In this document: positions 1 through 12,930 of the stretch, piece by piece | How positions within the stretch are numbered: position 1 is the stretch's first letter | Layout: each line of letters opens with the position of its first letter | NCBI RefSeq assembly: GCF_006345805.1 | Contig: NC_043015.1 | Location: 20,956,001-21,020,000 of the forward strand | DNA length: 64,000 nucleotides | Direction: 5' to 3' | Origin: Octopus sinensis | Taxonomy: Eukaryota | Program-made: the position numbers and the translations under genes | The notes under the pieces: generated by a model | The model's input: only the letters and a program-made list of their open reading frames with translations | The model's database searches: none | What the model was told of the DNA's origin: nothing

Positions 1-598
1 CTATTTTCAGTAATTCAAATGGTCACAGAGAGGATCCCATATTAGTTGTTGTTTTGCTGTTCAGGCGAAACTCTGTCATACCAACCGTGACCATCTCATA
101 GTTTCCTTATGATAAGAGATAAAGTGCCATTTCAAACAACGTGTCTTGAGATAGTGGAAATTTGATTGCTATTTCTAGCAATTCAATCGACCACCTAAAG
201 GTTCTCTCGTAGTCCTTAACAGAAATTGCATAGCAGTAGCTTCTTGTTGGCGTTATTGATCCTTGAGCATAACTTGACGGAGATTTGACCGCTGTTTCTA
301 GAATGTCGTGGTGGGGTGGACGACGACATTAAGGATCCCTCGATAATTCATTCATGTTTCGCACAAGGTCAGCTATAGGTGCGCCGACAAGTGTCCAACA
401 GCATTCCAGCCATAACCATCACAGCATTTTCTAAATGGAAAATATGGCCATCTCTTTGTAACATTTCTAGTATATGGTTAAAGGAAACTTTACTGCTATT
501 TCTAATATTTTCAACAACCATACAGCAAGTGCATTGTTGTTGTTCTCGTTGTTATTCTTGTACGTTCTTGCTGTTGTAACCTTATTCCTTTCTACTCT

Positions 599-2370
599 AA
601 GCACAAGGCCCGACATTTTTGGGTAGGAGACCAGTCGATTAGATCGACCCTAGTACGCAACTGGTACTTAATTTATCGATCCCGAAAACTATTTCTGCAG
701 TTGTTATATATCAGTCTTTGGAGTTTCTTCTTGCGGTCCTCACTTCTATGCGCGCGTGTGTGTGTGTATATATTTCTGCGATGATACTTGTGTGGGAGGG
801 CGTGCACGTTCACATAAGTTTATACGTGATTTTGTGCGTGCGTATGTTTGTATGTACGCAGCTGTCCGAGGCGAATTTCTTCTTTTATTTTCGATACATA
901 CACACACACATATATAATATTGTCGGAGTGACGACACCCTCTACAAGGCACATTCTATTTCTCCCTTTAAATAACATGTTTCAGTCTCTCAGGAGGAGCA
1001 ATTTATCTTCCTGACCTGCAATTTCTATGAGAATATGAAGTCTAAGGATTCTGCCAGGTTGTCGCCTTTAATAATACTAATAAGAATTATTATTATTATG
1101 CTTTCTGATTGAAACACAAGACCAGGAATTTTAGAGGGAGAGAATTACTCAATACAATCAAGAGAAATACTCCGACTGGTACTTTCAAAGGACAAAAAAG
1201 ACAAGAAACGAACTTGTTGGAAGAATAAACAAGTACACGTTAGAAATACATAAAAAAGTAAAATTGACCTCGGCGGAATTTGAACCCAGAATGAGCAGAC
1301 GGATGACATGCCGCTAAGCATTTTGCCAGCTCACCGCCTTAATAATAATAATAATAATAACAAGAGCACCCAGAGAGCGCAAACCTCCGCCAAGCAACAC
1401 CATGTCCTCTTAACGATTAGCTGGAGATGATTTTTAAAATGAGAATATCTGAAATAACCTTCACTGCTCTCACAAACGAGGATATTAAAAAGGAAATCAA
1501 CCGCTCTCAAAAATTAGGTAAAATATCAGGAACAACAATCCAGAATCCTTGTTCTGTACCAGGTCGATCCCAAAATCAAATCAGTTCGTGCCAGTAATGA
1601 GGCCAGACATCCCTGAAATCTTCATCCAAATCTATCGAGCGGTTCTTGAGCTATCTTGTCCACGGACAAACAAACAAACGCGACTGAAACAATATCTCCA
1701 CTTAAGCAAAAGCGGAGGTAATAATGGTTTCAAATTTTGCCACAAGGACAGAAATTTGGGGGAAGAGGATGAGTCGATTACATGGACCCTAGTGATCAAC
1801 TGGTACTTATGTCATCGATCCCGAAAGAAGGAACGGTAAAGTCGACCTCAGCGGAATTTGAACGCTGAACATAGAGACGAGCGAAATACCGCTAAGCATT
1901 TCATCCAGCGCGCTAATGATTCTGCCAGTTCGCCACCTTAAGAATAATAATAACCGTAATAATTTCGGTACAAGGACAGCAATTTTTAGGGGAGGCATTA
2001 ATCGTTTACATTGATCCCAATACAAATCTGGTGCTTTATTTTATTGGTCCCAAAATGTTGAAATGCAAAGCTCACCTCTGCAGGATTTGAACTGGAAACA
2101 GAAAGAATCTGAACTTTCAAAGCGTTTGTTTTGACGTTCAAGTGATTCTGCTTCTTCACCATTCTCTTCAGAAGAGATTTTGATTAAAGTGCAAGTGGAC
2201 TGGACGAAACCGTCGACCACAGTAGGTGACTGGTATTATTTTATGTTGTCTACGAATAAATAAAATATAATTAAACGCAGCGTGATTTGAACTGAGAACC
2301 TTAAGAATTGCAAGAAATATCGCAAAGCATTTTGTTTGATGCCCTTCTGAATCTGTCAGTCCACCGCCTG
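599..2370 (-). mobile_element. Cluster of SINE-A copies/fragments (599-690, 1115-1340, 1735-1940, 1965-2160, 2170-2370)
   Basis: Repeated reverse-complement motifs CTGGTACTTA..TCGATCCCGAAAG, GACCTCGGCGGAATTTGAAC and CCGCTAAGCAT...CGCCTTAATAAT. Confidence 0.75.
1359..1723 (+). mobile_element. Non-autonomous Helentron/HINE (DINE-1-like) element
   Basis: Subterminal inverted motif AACCTCCGCC (1382-1391) / GCGGAGGT (1712-1719); internal (ACAA)n microsatellite followed by a decayed 3' hairpin; inserted in (TAA)n. Confidence 0.5.
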
Positions 2371-2397
2371 TTGCATGACAAGAATAAAAATTCTTTA

Positions 2398-2780
2398 AGG
2401 CGGCGAGCTGGTAGAAACGTTAGCACGCCGGGCGAAATGCGTAGCCGTATTTCGTCTGCCGTTACGTTCTGAGTTCAAATTCCACCGAGGTCAACTTTGC
2501 CTTTCATCCTTTCGGGGTCAATTAAATAAGTACCAGTTACGCACTGGGTCGATGTAATCGACTTAATCCGTTTGTCTGTCCTTGTTTGTCCCCTCTATGT
2601 TTAGCCCCTTGTGGGCAGTAAAGAAATAGGTATATCGTCTGCCTTTACGTTCTGAGTTCAAATTCCACCGAGGTCGACTTTGCCTTTCATCCTTTCGAGG
2701 TCGATAAATTAAGTAACAGTTGTGTACTGGAGTCGATCAAATCAAAAATTTCGGGCCTTGTACATAGAGTAGAAAAGAAT
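2398..2780 (+). mobile_element. tRNA-derived SINE family A with internal tandem unit
   Basis: Head GGCGGCGAGCTGG, B-box-like GAGTTCAAATTCC and central GCCTTTCATCCTTTCGGGGTC...AAGTACCAG. The unit restarts at 2630. Confidence 0.8.
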
Positions 2781-3971
2781 AATGAAAATTCGAAATTTTA
2801 AGACAAGTCGAGTAATGTTTTAGAAGGGAAAGAGTTCCACGATTACATTAACCCCGGTGCTCAATTGGCACTTATTTTGTTAAGTCCGAAAGGACGAAAG
2901 AGAAAGTCACCCTTGGTGGATTTTTGACCAAATTATGTAAAGAACGAGAAGAAATACCGCTTGGTATTTATCACGACGCACCACTTATTCTTTCATCTTT
3001 TTAGCATTTTTCAAAATAATAATATTTTACTATAGGAGCATGATGATTACTCCTGTATGAAACTGGTGTTAATTTTATCAACCCTTAAATGATGAAGTAC
3101 AAGTTTGACCTCAGTTAATACTTGTACTTGAAGTGTTAAACGTAAAAATTTATAATTCGTATTCCATTTTCTTTTAATGAAAAAAATCCGTTTATTTCCT
3201 TAAATTCAATTTATTTTTTGTTTCAAATTACCAATTTAAAGTTTATTTTTTTCATCTTTCCACTCTTTCGTTAGATGCAAATACCACAAGTTTTATCAAT
3301 TAGACCTTTCAAAAGATACGAATGAAATAGATGAAGAAACTATAGACAGCTTGCTACTATTGCCAAGAAATTAGTACACTGAAAACAAAATAAAACATTA
3401 TCTGAACAAAATTAACGACAACAAAAAGAAATTTCCACAACAAAAACGATGACCGAAAATAAATAATTTTTTTCAGATATTTCAGGTATTAGTAATTATA
3501 TAAATTCTGTTTTATTGTAATGCAGCGTTGAAAGATTGTGCAAATTCCTGCCTGTCCACTTAGAACACTGTTCTAAATTCTATTGTAGGTCATTTCTCGG
3601 ATATTGTATAATGAATTGAAGTTCTCTTGGGAATTAACGTTTTCGTTTTTCTCATAAAACATGAAGTCGACAATACATTGAAAGCAGCCATTTTTCATGA
3701 GCGACACTCCTGCTAAGTTTACTTCTTGTTCGTGCCACTGAGTGACGAGTGACCGGGAGCGAATAAGTACTAAGTATTTACTTTTTACGGTCACTGCGTC
3801 AAGTTTTTGTCCAATAACAATAGGATATACACAATATTATCACACACACACATGTTTACATGTACACAAAATACCATGTATGTATATATATACAAAGTAC
3901 TATATATATATATATATATATACATGTACAAAGTACTATTTATATATATAAAATATTCATTATGTATATAT

Positions 3972-4002
<31 letters not shown>

Positions 4003-4788
4003 GTACAAAGTACTATTTATATATATAAAGTCTTCATTATATATTTATATACAATACCATGTATAAGTGTAGTTTTTAGGAACGAAATACGTACAAAATA
4101 TACGTACAGAACATTAATATCACGCTAGTTATTCAATGCATTATTCAATTCCTGGTGTAATTTATCGCCGAGCCGAGGTTGGACATTTTACTTTGTAGGA
4201 CATAATTTCACAAAACGTATGAACTTTCTTTATAGATATTATTTAAAAGGTCTTGCTCTTTTCAGTTGCTGTAGAAAGTAGCAGGGTTTAGAAATTAAAC
4301 TATCAGGCAACAATGTAGATATATTTACGTATGTGACAGAAGTTATTTGTTTTGTTCTTGTAAATCGACGGTTTGGTAACCCGTAAATACTTGGTTCGTA
4401 AGGAATCTGTAACTCTTTCAGTCTTAAATGCATGCTTTTAATATATTTCGCTTTATTCTTCCATTTATAAAAACTGTAGCCAGATCCTGATTGTTTCTTT
4501 ACTGGTGCTCTTTCAATACCATTCGAATTCAAAAGCGACTTTCTACGAAGGACGGTTCCTGTTTTGCCAACTAAATTTCAACCCATCTACATTCACCTTA
4601 ACATTGTCTACAAATGCTTCGATGAACGTTGTTCTGTTGTTTCTGATCTGAAAGTTTACCTTTCGACGGAGCTCATCTCTCGACTATTTCTCAACCTTTC
4701 AATATAGTACCATTTTTATTAAAAGAATTTATGTGTTAGTATATATCTAATTTATGAAACTCATCTTCGATTTTCCCCACATTTCTCT

Positions 4789-4832
<44 letters not shown>

Positions 4833-5671
4833 ATATATATATTGTGCGTGTATGTGTGTGTGTGTAAATTTGCGTCGTTGCCAAATTGTTTCATGTCAAA
4901 AATACATAGGTATCATAGGATGAGAAATTTGAAACAACTGTGTTTATAAATAAATTTATTATTTTGCATCGCATAGTAGTCATGTTAGTTTTTAGGACAA
5001 TTCCTCGTTAAAGGACCAAGTGTTTATCATTTACTAACACTGTTAGTCCTCTTTTGGCAGCTATACCTCAGCCTTTCACTATTCCACGAGACATTGCCTG
5101 TGCCTTCATATACTTTCATGGGTGTTTACTTGATGTTACTTATCGACAGAATCTCTCCCTCCTCTCACAATTCTTATACTTACATCGCTGTCCCTATTTT
5201 TAAATAATTTCCAACACATTCGTTGCTTGGTGATTTTATTACTGGTTAGTTGCGGTCTTGTTGGGATAGTAACCTACTCTTAAAATGGACGAAGAAGTAG
5301 GATAGGGAAAAGAAGTAATGCTAACTCAAGAGAAACTCGTCTCTTTTAATATAGGAACAATCTGCCAAAAAACTATGGGAAGCTACTAAGAAGCATAGTA
5401 AACTAAAGTCTGGTGGCCGCAGAAAGCTGAAAAGTTGAATACTATTCCTAACATTATCCTTGAAGATATTGGTGTATACATACATACACTTTTACAAGAG
5501 GTGTCACAGTAACTTTGAGGTTTCGGCTGCACACCTTCGTCAAAATGTCAGACTACTAGCAGAGCGAAACCCCAAAGACACTCAGTCACAGTTCTTCCGA
5601 AATTCTAACGAATGGAATAATTTGTTTGTATAATGTTAAATAAAAACAAACCACACATATACACAAACATG

Positions 5672-6015
5672 TGTGTTAAGAAGCTTGCTGCCGCACCACA
5701 GAGCGCCTTCGGCAAGTGTCTTCTGCTGTTTATTCGGGGCGACCAAGGGCTTGTGAGGTGATTTGGAAAACGGAAACTGAAAGAAGCTCGTCGTACTTGC
5801 GTGTGTGTTTTAGTCTTCCCCTACCGTATGACAACTGACACTCGTGTGTTTACGTGCTTGTAACTTAGCGATTAAGCAAACAGAACCGATAGCATAAGTT
5901 CCAGGCTTAAAAAAATAGAAGTACAAGGGTCGATTCCTTCGACTAAAAATTCTTCATGGTGGTGCCCCAGCATGGCCGCGGTTTTAACGACTAAAACAAG
6001 TAAAGGGCAAAAGAT
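5672..6015 (+). mobile_element. SINE family B (CORE-like domain, OR-type)
   Basis: CTTCGGCAAGTGTCTTCT (CORE-like), GGAAACTGAAAGAAGC and tail GGTGCCCCAGCATGGCCGC...ACTAAAACAAG. Confidence 0.7.
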
Positions 6016-7043
6016 GTATACAGAAAGATTTACAAGAAAATCGCATGGCTGATTAAAAATGTATTAAGAATTCATAACAACACAAATGGATGGCCTTACG
6101 CGAAATGTAATCAAAGGACTTATATCTAATTACCGCAGCGATGTGCTGCGCATGTGTGGAGGTTGCCTGTAGATTATTTGTTCAAAGCGATTATATTTGT
6201 CCGTACCTAATACCGATTTCTGATATCTGTTTCTGATATGATGTCCTGATGAAGAGAGGAAATGTCAACACTTCTGTCAGAAATACATTATTGATTAGTG
6301 AATTATGAGGAGGAGATTACGACCTCAGAAATGTTTGCATATAGAATGCAAAAAGACTATTGAATAGCAGAAGGTATTCACTGCAGCACTAAAAGTATCT
6401 CTATGATCAGTCGGACTTTATGCAACGATATTTTGCTGAAATTGTGTAGAGAAGGGAAAAAAATGAAAACAAATTAATGGAAATTGTAAACGAATGTTTT
6501 AACTGTCATCATGATTTTTATACACAGAAAATATATTTTGTTTATACATATTATGTGTTATATGTGTGTGTGTGTGTGAGTATACGTTGCTATATTCGTG
6601 CTTATATATATGTACACTTCATGTTTATTTTCATCTCATGTTCTATATAAAAATAATTTAACATTAAACTGAAGATTAACCAGTACATTTTTGTAGAGTA
6701 TATATAACTAGTTTATGTACAGTCAACACCTTCTATACACACACACACATCTGTATACATACATATATATATATTATATACACATATTTATATATATATG
6801 CACATTTACATATAAACGTGCATACATGCATTAAATGACATTTTGATGGTTACTCCAAAGTATTGCCAGGTGAATGGAACACTCATGCTTTGCCCATTTC
6901 AAAACTTCGGAATCACTCGCAATAAATTATTAAAATGATCAAATTCTACTTTTACATTTAGTCTTTCATCTGCTTAATGTTTATTGCTTTTATGGTTTTA
7001 AACTTTAGCACTCAAAACACACTCACACATGTTTGTGTGTGTG

Positions 7044-7044
<1 letters not shown>

Positions 7045-7115
<71 letters not shown>
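7045..7115. repeat. (TA)n microsatellite; representative of more than 30 such tracts
   Basis: Direct inspection. Confidence 0.97.
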
Positions 7116-7117
<2 letters not shown>

Positions 7118-7482
7118 CAATAAATTTTAGTGCATCAGCGAATATGACGTTACAGTTTATACTCAATCCTGACGAGACTCCTAAAAGAGTAATACAAAGG
7201 AAAACAAACTAAATCAAGTAAGAATTAGTTTCTAAAATTATTGATTAACTGTTAAAGAGGAAGCGGGTTCCAGTGTGATGTGATCTTACAGTCATTCAGA
7301 CGCCTTATCTGTTAATTCGAGTGTTATAGATATCGATCCACATATCCGTGCATTTGTTTGTAGCAAGAGATAGAGAGAAGGAGAGGCGGTGAGAAAGAGA
7401 GAGAGAGAGAGAGCAAATGGGTGTGTGTGACAGAGGGAAATAGACGGAGATGTGTGTATGTTCACGCGTATGTATATATATA

Positions 7483-7499
7483 TGTGTGTGTGTGTGTGG

Positions 7500-7552
<53 letters not shown>
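7483..7552. repeat. (GT)n microsatellite
   Basis: Direct inspection. Confidence 0.97.
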
Positions 7553-7554
<2 letters not shown>

Positions 7555-10329
7555 TTGGGAGAGATACAGCGGTCGTCTCACTAACACGTTCCGTTTAATC
7601 AAGCAAGTAATGTAACTGATAAACGATATATGTGTATGAATAAGTGTGTCGCTTAGGCATAGCAACAAGCATTATTGAAGTATATCTTTATATATATATG
7701 TACTGTATATAAAAAGAACATTAATTGTGAATAAAAACAGTAACAAATGGTTCCTAACAATAGGCAAAAGACCATCCATATTCAGTGTTTGGTGATGAGG
7801 CGTTAAATCGATTTAATATAAACCTCGTTCAGGTGACTCATTCTTTCGATCATTGATCAGAGAAGGAGGAATGGTGAAGCTGACTTCCAAGGGAGTTGAT
7901 CTGTGAATCTTACAATCCATGGTATCGATATTCTATGGATTTTGGAAATTGACACCTAAAGGCCAGAAGAGGTGAACGACGGAGGTTCTGGTGTATTTCA
8001 TTAGTTATTCTATCGACGGAGCGGAAATATTACAGGCACAATCGATCACCGTGGGACATGAACTCAGAGTTTGTCTTAGAAAGGAATTAAATACCGCATC
8101 GTATTTCGTGAACCAAGTTACCGGTTCTGCTAATTCGCCCATCTGCGAGAACATTGATTTCCAGAAATTACACAAACCATCATATTATGTCGAATTAGAT
8201 CGACACGAGTTAATCTGTGGTACTTCTTTTTATTGATTCCTATATTGATGAAAGCCAAAAACACTTTTTCAGAATGTCTGGACCACTAAAAGGGTCGAAT
8301 GTATACTCAATTGAAAAAACCCTTCTAAATGCTCGTATCAGAGTGGGCTTTGCTAAACTCATGCGAAGGTATCCAGTGTAGTGTTAAACAAGGTGGAGCT
8401 TTACGCCTGTCACTGAAAAACAAGGATGAAACTTCCGAATGGCTTTCAAACATTTTTTGTGTTCCAAATTTCGTACACAATATTTTGGCCGATCCGATAT
8501 CAATGTTCATGGTGCTACAGAGTGGGATCGAGCGTGAAGCAACCATACTGTAACACAGACAAGTTAACAATTCTGCCACACTTGTACTCCATTAAAGAAC
8601 CACTACTATATATTGTACAGCGTTAAAAACATACAATTATATAAGAGTATTTATAACTATACTGAACTGACTGTTACACTATATTACATTATGGGATGAT
8701 ACACTCATAAATTGTAGTGTTTTAAATTTGTCTGAAATCAATTTCTAGTATATAATACTTCAATAAACTTGTTTAGTTCAACAAGGAAAGCATACACAAA
8801 CTACAGACCATGAAAAATACAATAAAATAAACAAACTGTAAACAAGAAAAATTCGTTAGACCCAACATTTCTTCCATCTTGTGTAGATCGTGAGCACAAT
8901 CAATGACCTTAAAACGCAGACGATAGTTTGGCGCCAAAATTCGATAGTTAGCTGATGACTCAGTGTATCATTCGATCCGCCATGTTTATTGGGACAAAAT
9001 TACAAGGAAATGCTGAGATATGTTAAATAGGTTTAATATTATATTCACCTTCAAGCTATGCTTGATTAGTTCACATTATTGCCTGTCTCTGTCAACAAGT
9101 CTAATGAAGCATTAAAAAGAAAACGAACTTATAGAATCCTCAAATACACACACACACACAAACTTATGTATACACACACGGACACACACTGCAAAATACA
9201 GTATTATACACAAAACATTCACAAACATAAAAAATGTGCACACAAAAAATAAGGACGCATAAATACAGAGGAATGAGGATAAATCAATTTTACAACCTGC
9301 CTATTTATTTATTCTTGTGTTATCTGCAATAATAATGTTTAGTAGTTTTACCTCTATAAACTTATGCAAACACATAATCATGTGTTTGTGTGTGTGTGTG
9401 TGTGGTGTGTGTGTGTGTGTGTGTGTGTGTGATAGATAAGTGTGTGATAGATAGACACAAACACATAATTATATATATATATATATAGCCATTGTTGGAT
9501 AACGATCTGGAAAAGACTACTCCATACAAAAAGTAAAGTACAGTAATATTTTAAGCTGTTCCAACGTAACAGACCACTGAACAGGCTTAAATCTACACTG
9601 TTGAACTTTAAATGTGTATAACCTAATCTGACTTGCATGAAACGGATTCAATCTTGCCTTAGTCCTTAAGTTGTTCATCATTTTATCAACCATAAAAGAA
9701 TTGATGAAAGATTCTACATAGAAAGGGTTTGAGTTGTGGTAAGGCCAGAGTCGATGAACTCGAACCTAGTAAAACATTGATGGGCTCCACTTGGCCGTGT
9801 TGGTGTTACTCACCCTTTATATTTCTGCCGTGGCTTTTATCTTGGCATAATCTTCAAAACGTTTACCCAGATGCTTTTTTTTTTATAAATATATTTTCGG
9901 CTTCGTAATTTCTAGTTCAAATCTTTCTGCCACGCATTCTTCTGGGATCAGTAAAATTATACTCAAGTAATGAACCAAGATTTAATCGAGAAACTATTCC
10001 TGTTCGTATTTTTTATTCATATTATTTCATATAACTGTTATTCAGAGTGATAGGTTTATAGTTGGATTACCGTAGTCATCGTGGTGTTGATTATTATCTC
10101 TGTTGTTGCTATTCTGTTTTCTTGGAATGGTTGTCATTATTTCTTTCCTGCTTGTTCTGAAGTTCATCGTATGTGATGTCAACTTTAGATTTTTGAATGC
10201 CATCGTTTTGAAGTTATTCCTTTATACTTGTTGTGTTTATATATATTTATGCCAAAAAGCAATGTTGGCTTCAAGGTTTTTTTTTTATACATAAAAATAA
10301 AACGTTCTGGAAATGTCAACACTTTTCTT

Positions 10330-11340
10330 GACATATATATTTTAAAGTAAGGTGTTATGTGCAAGAGAACATCGTAAAGAAATAAAGAATGAAAGGTGAA
10401 TACAAAGAAGGAAAGAAAGAGATGGAGGAAGTGAGAGAATTCGTGGAATGATGTTAATGGTAAAGAATATATGAATAAGTAGTAAAACTTTAGATATAAT
10501 GAAAGGAAAATAGTAACTAGTAAGAGATATATTGAAAGAAAGGATATAATAGTCAAAGGATCAGAAAGAGACAGCAACAACACAAACAAATATGAAGGGA
10601 AAACTTTTAGCTCAACAGAATGAAGATATTTAGTTAAGCAGAATAAAAACTTCATGTAAAGAAAAATATAAGACAAATTTAGGAAATATCAAAGTAGACT
10701 GGAAAGATAAAAAAACAGTCCAACAAAACAAAAATATGGTTGTTTGAAGGAACGAAAGAATAATAAATAAAAGAACATGATTGATAAATAAGAGATATGT
10801 AAGAGAGAATAACGGCTTTTGGAGATGTAGGAAGGATAGAGAGGGTGAAATTTGTAAGAAAGTCGGATACGAAAATGAGAGATAGAGAGCTTGAAGGCAA
10901 ATGAGATTACTTATTCATGAAGAATAGAAGAAAATACAGAAGCGTGAAAGAGGAAGGAAGGATGAAGAAACGAAAAGAGATATTGAAATGAAATAAGATG
11001 GAAAGATGAAGCTAAGGAAAATACGAGTGAATGTTTGAAAAAATACAATAACTAGATTATACAAAAAGTACAGTTTTAGAGAGGAAACATTAATAAAATG
11101 TATGAATAATGAAAATATAAATCGTTAGAAAATACATAAATTGGGATAAGATCAATGACAAAATTAAAGAACGCCATAATGTAATAAAACAACGAAAAGA
11201 AAAAAGCCCCACCGAATTGTAATGTGGAAAGAAGAAAAATGATTTTAAGGAAATCTTAATATGTAATAAAGAAAGATAGAAAGAAGCAAATAATGCATTA
11301 ATTGAAACAAAGACGTAAAGAATTAGGGAAAATCCTTTAA
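10330..11340. repeat. ~1-kb purine-rich low-complexity tract; a pyrimidine-rich counterpart lies at ~37430-38040
   Basis: Strong A/G strand bias without periodicity; likely a decayed microsatellite. Confidence 0.7.
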
Positions 11341-11801
11341 AAGGAGAAAAATACTACTTTTTCTCCAATTGCTTTCTCTTAGTAAAATAATCGTAAAATA
11401 TATTTTAAAATTTCTTTGACATTCATAAAGTTCAAATACATATTTTTTTCAGAAGATTCATGTATGCACCCTACACTGCCCGCCCCTCCACTTTAAGCAT
11501 GGACTATATATATAAATATATATATATGGAATACGTCTCCAAATTAAAATACACACGTAAACACAGACATGCATATACATTGAAGCGCGCGCACAGGCAC
11601 ACACAGACACACACATACTTTCATACACAATTTAACACACCTGATTGATTTTAGTTTACTTATGTATTATATCGATTTAATCAAACATTAATAGGAAGAC
11701 AAAAAATATGCTTGCTCTTGCGTACTCTTGCGTAAATGGAGATCTATTTGTATCATTTGATTCCGTTAAGAAGCATTTTTTGTACCTATTTATCCGTGCT
11801 G

Positions 11802-11832
<31 letters not shown>

Positions 11833-12649
11833 AGAAAGTACCGAATAGGTATATATATATATAAGCACATGTATATAGGTATAAACACACGTGCATATAG
11901 ACAGTGTGTGAGAGGAGATTGACTATATGGCAATATGCTTCTCTGTGGTACACACAGCATGAGATTAAAGAGCAGCTTTCAATACAAAGGAAATATTCAC
12001 AATGTGAAATTTAAATGTAAAAGAAAAAAGACATCAGATAACCACACAACAAAACAAAACAACAATGATATTTTTTTTCGACTAAAGGGATATATTGTCG
12101 ATTACATTCATATCTTTAACTTTGAAGTTAAACAGCTAGCATTTATCAAATAATAATTGTAGCTATTTAAAAACATTTCTACAATAACTGACACAATTAC
12201 AATACTGCTTTATTTTTCGTTTTTTTTTAAACGGTGCAGTTATAAACTTTAATTATGAGAGCTCTTATAATGGCAGCTGATATGTACGTCGGTTCTGAAT
12301 GGTATGCTGTGTATAGAGAAACATGTATTTATGTTCTGTGCGCTTTGCTAAAAAAAAGAAATATTCTTTCTCCCATATTTCTCCAAAGCAGACACGAGTC
12401 TCCTTCTTCTGTATTTAGAAAAGATAAATTTGGAAGCCATTTCTGTCTTTATAAATGTATTTAAATCACATACATAAATACGACTTGAAGAGCCGCTCAA
12501 ATTTCTATCGCGACACGAAGTAAAACCAGAAAGAGAAGGCAAACTCCAAACTCAAATTATCTACTCAGTTTTGTTATTGTTCTTTTGTTCTTCTGCAACT
12601 GTCTCGATGATCTTAGAGTGGTCATCTTGCTCTTGTCTATACTTCTTTC

Positions 12650-12930
12650 AGTCATTAGATAGCGGCCATGCTGGAGCATCACATTGAAGGATTTTAGTCG
12701 GACAAATCCATGCCAGTACTTATTTTTTAAAGGCTGGTACATATTATATCGGTCTCTTTTGCCGACCAGCTAAGTTACAGGTACAGAAATAAACACACAC
12801 AGACGACGAGCTTCCGCACAAGTTTCGTCTACCAAATTCCCTCACAAGATATTTGTCGATAAGGATCTATAGTAAAAAAAAATACCTGTCCAAATTATTG
12901 CGCAGTTTGACTGAACCCATCATGGAACAA
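12650..12930 (-). mobile_element. SINE-B copy
   Basis: Reverse complement of the SINE-B tail GCGGCCATGCTGGAGCA and head ACTGAACCC. Confidence 0.65.

Noticed and set aside
1-540. Possible decayed TE coding region (also 8320-8570, 42570-42960, 51720-52030, 55300-55960, 60500-60790)
   Set aside because: Higher complexity than the background, but no diagnostic motif could be read in any frame.
2629-2630. Back-splice origin for the SINE-A AG|GT multimer junction
   Set aside because: In monomeric copies the unit start is not preceded by AG and the unit end is not followed by GT.
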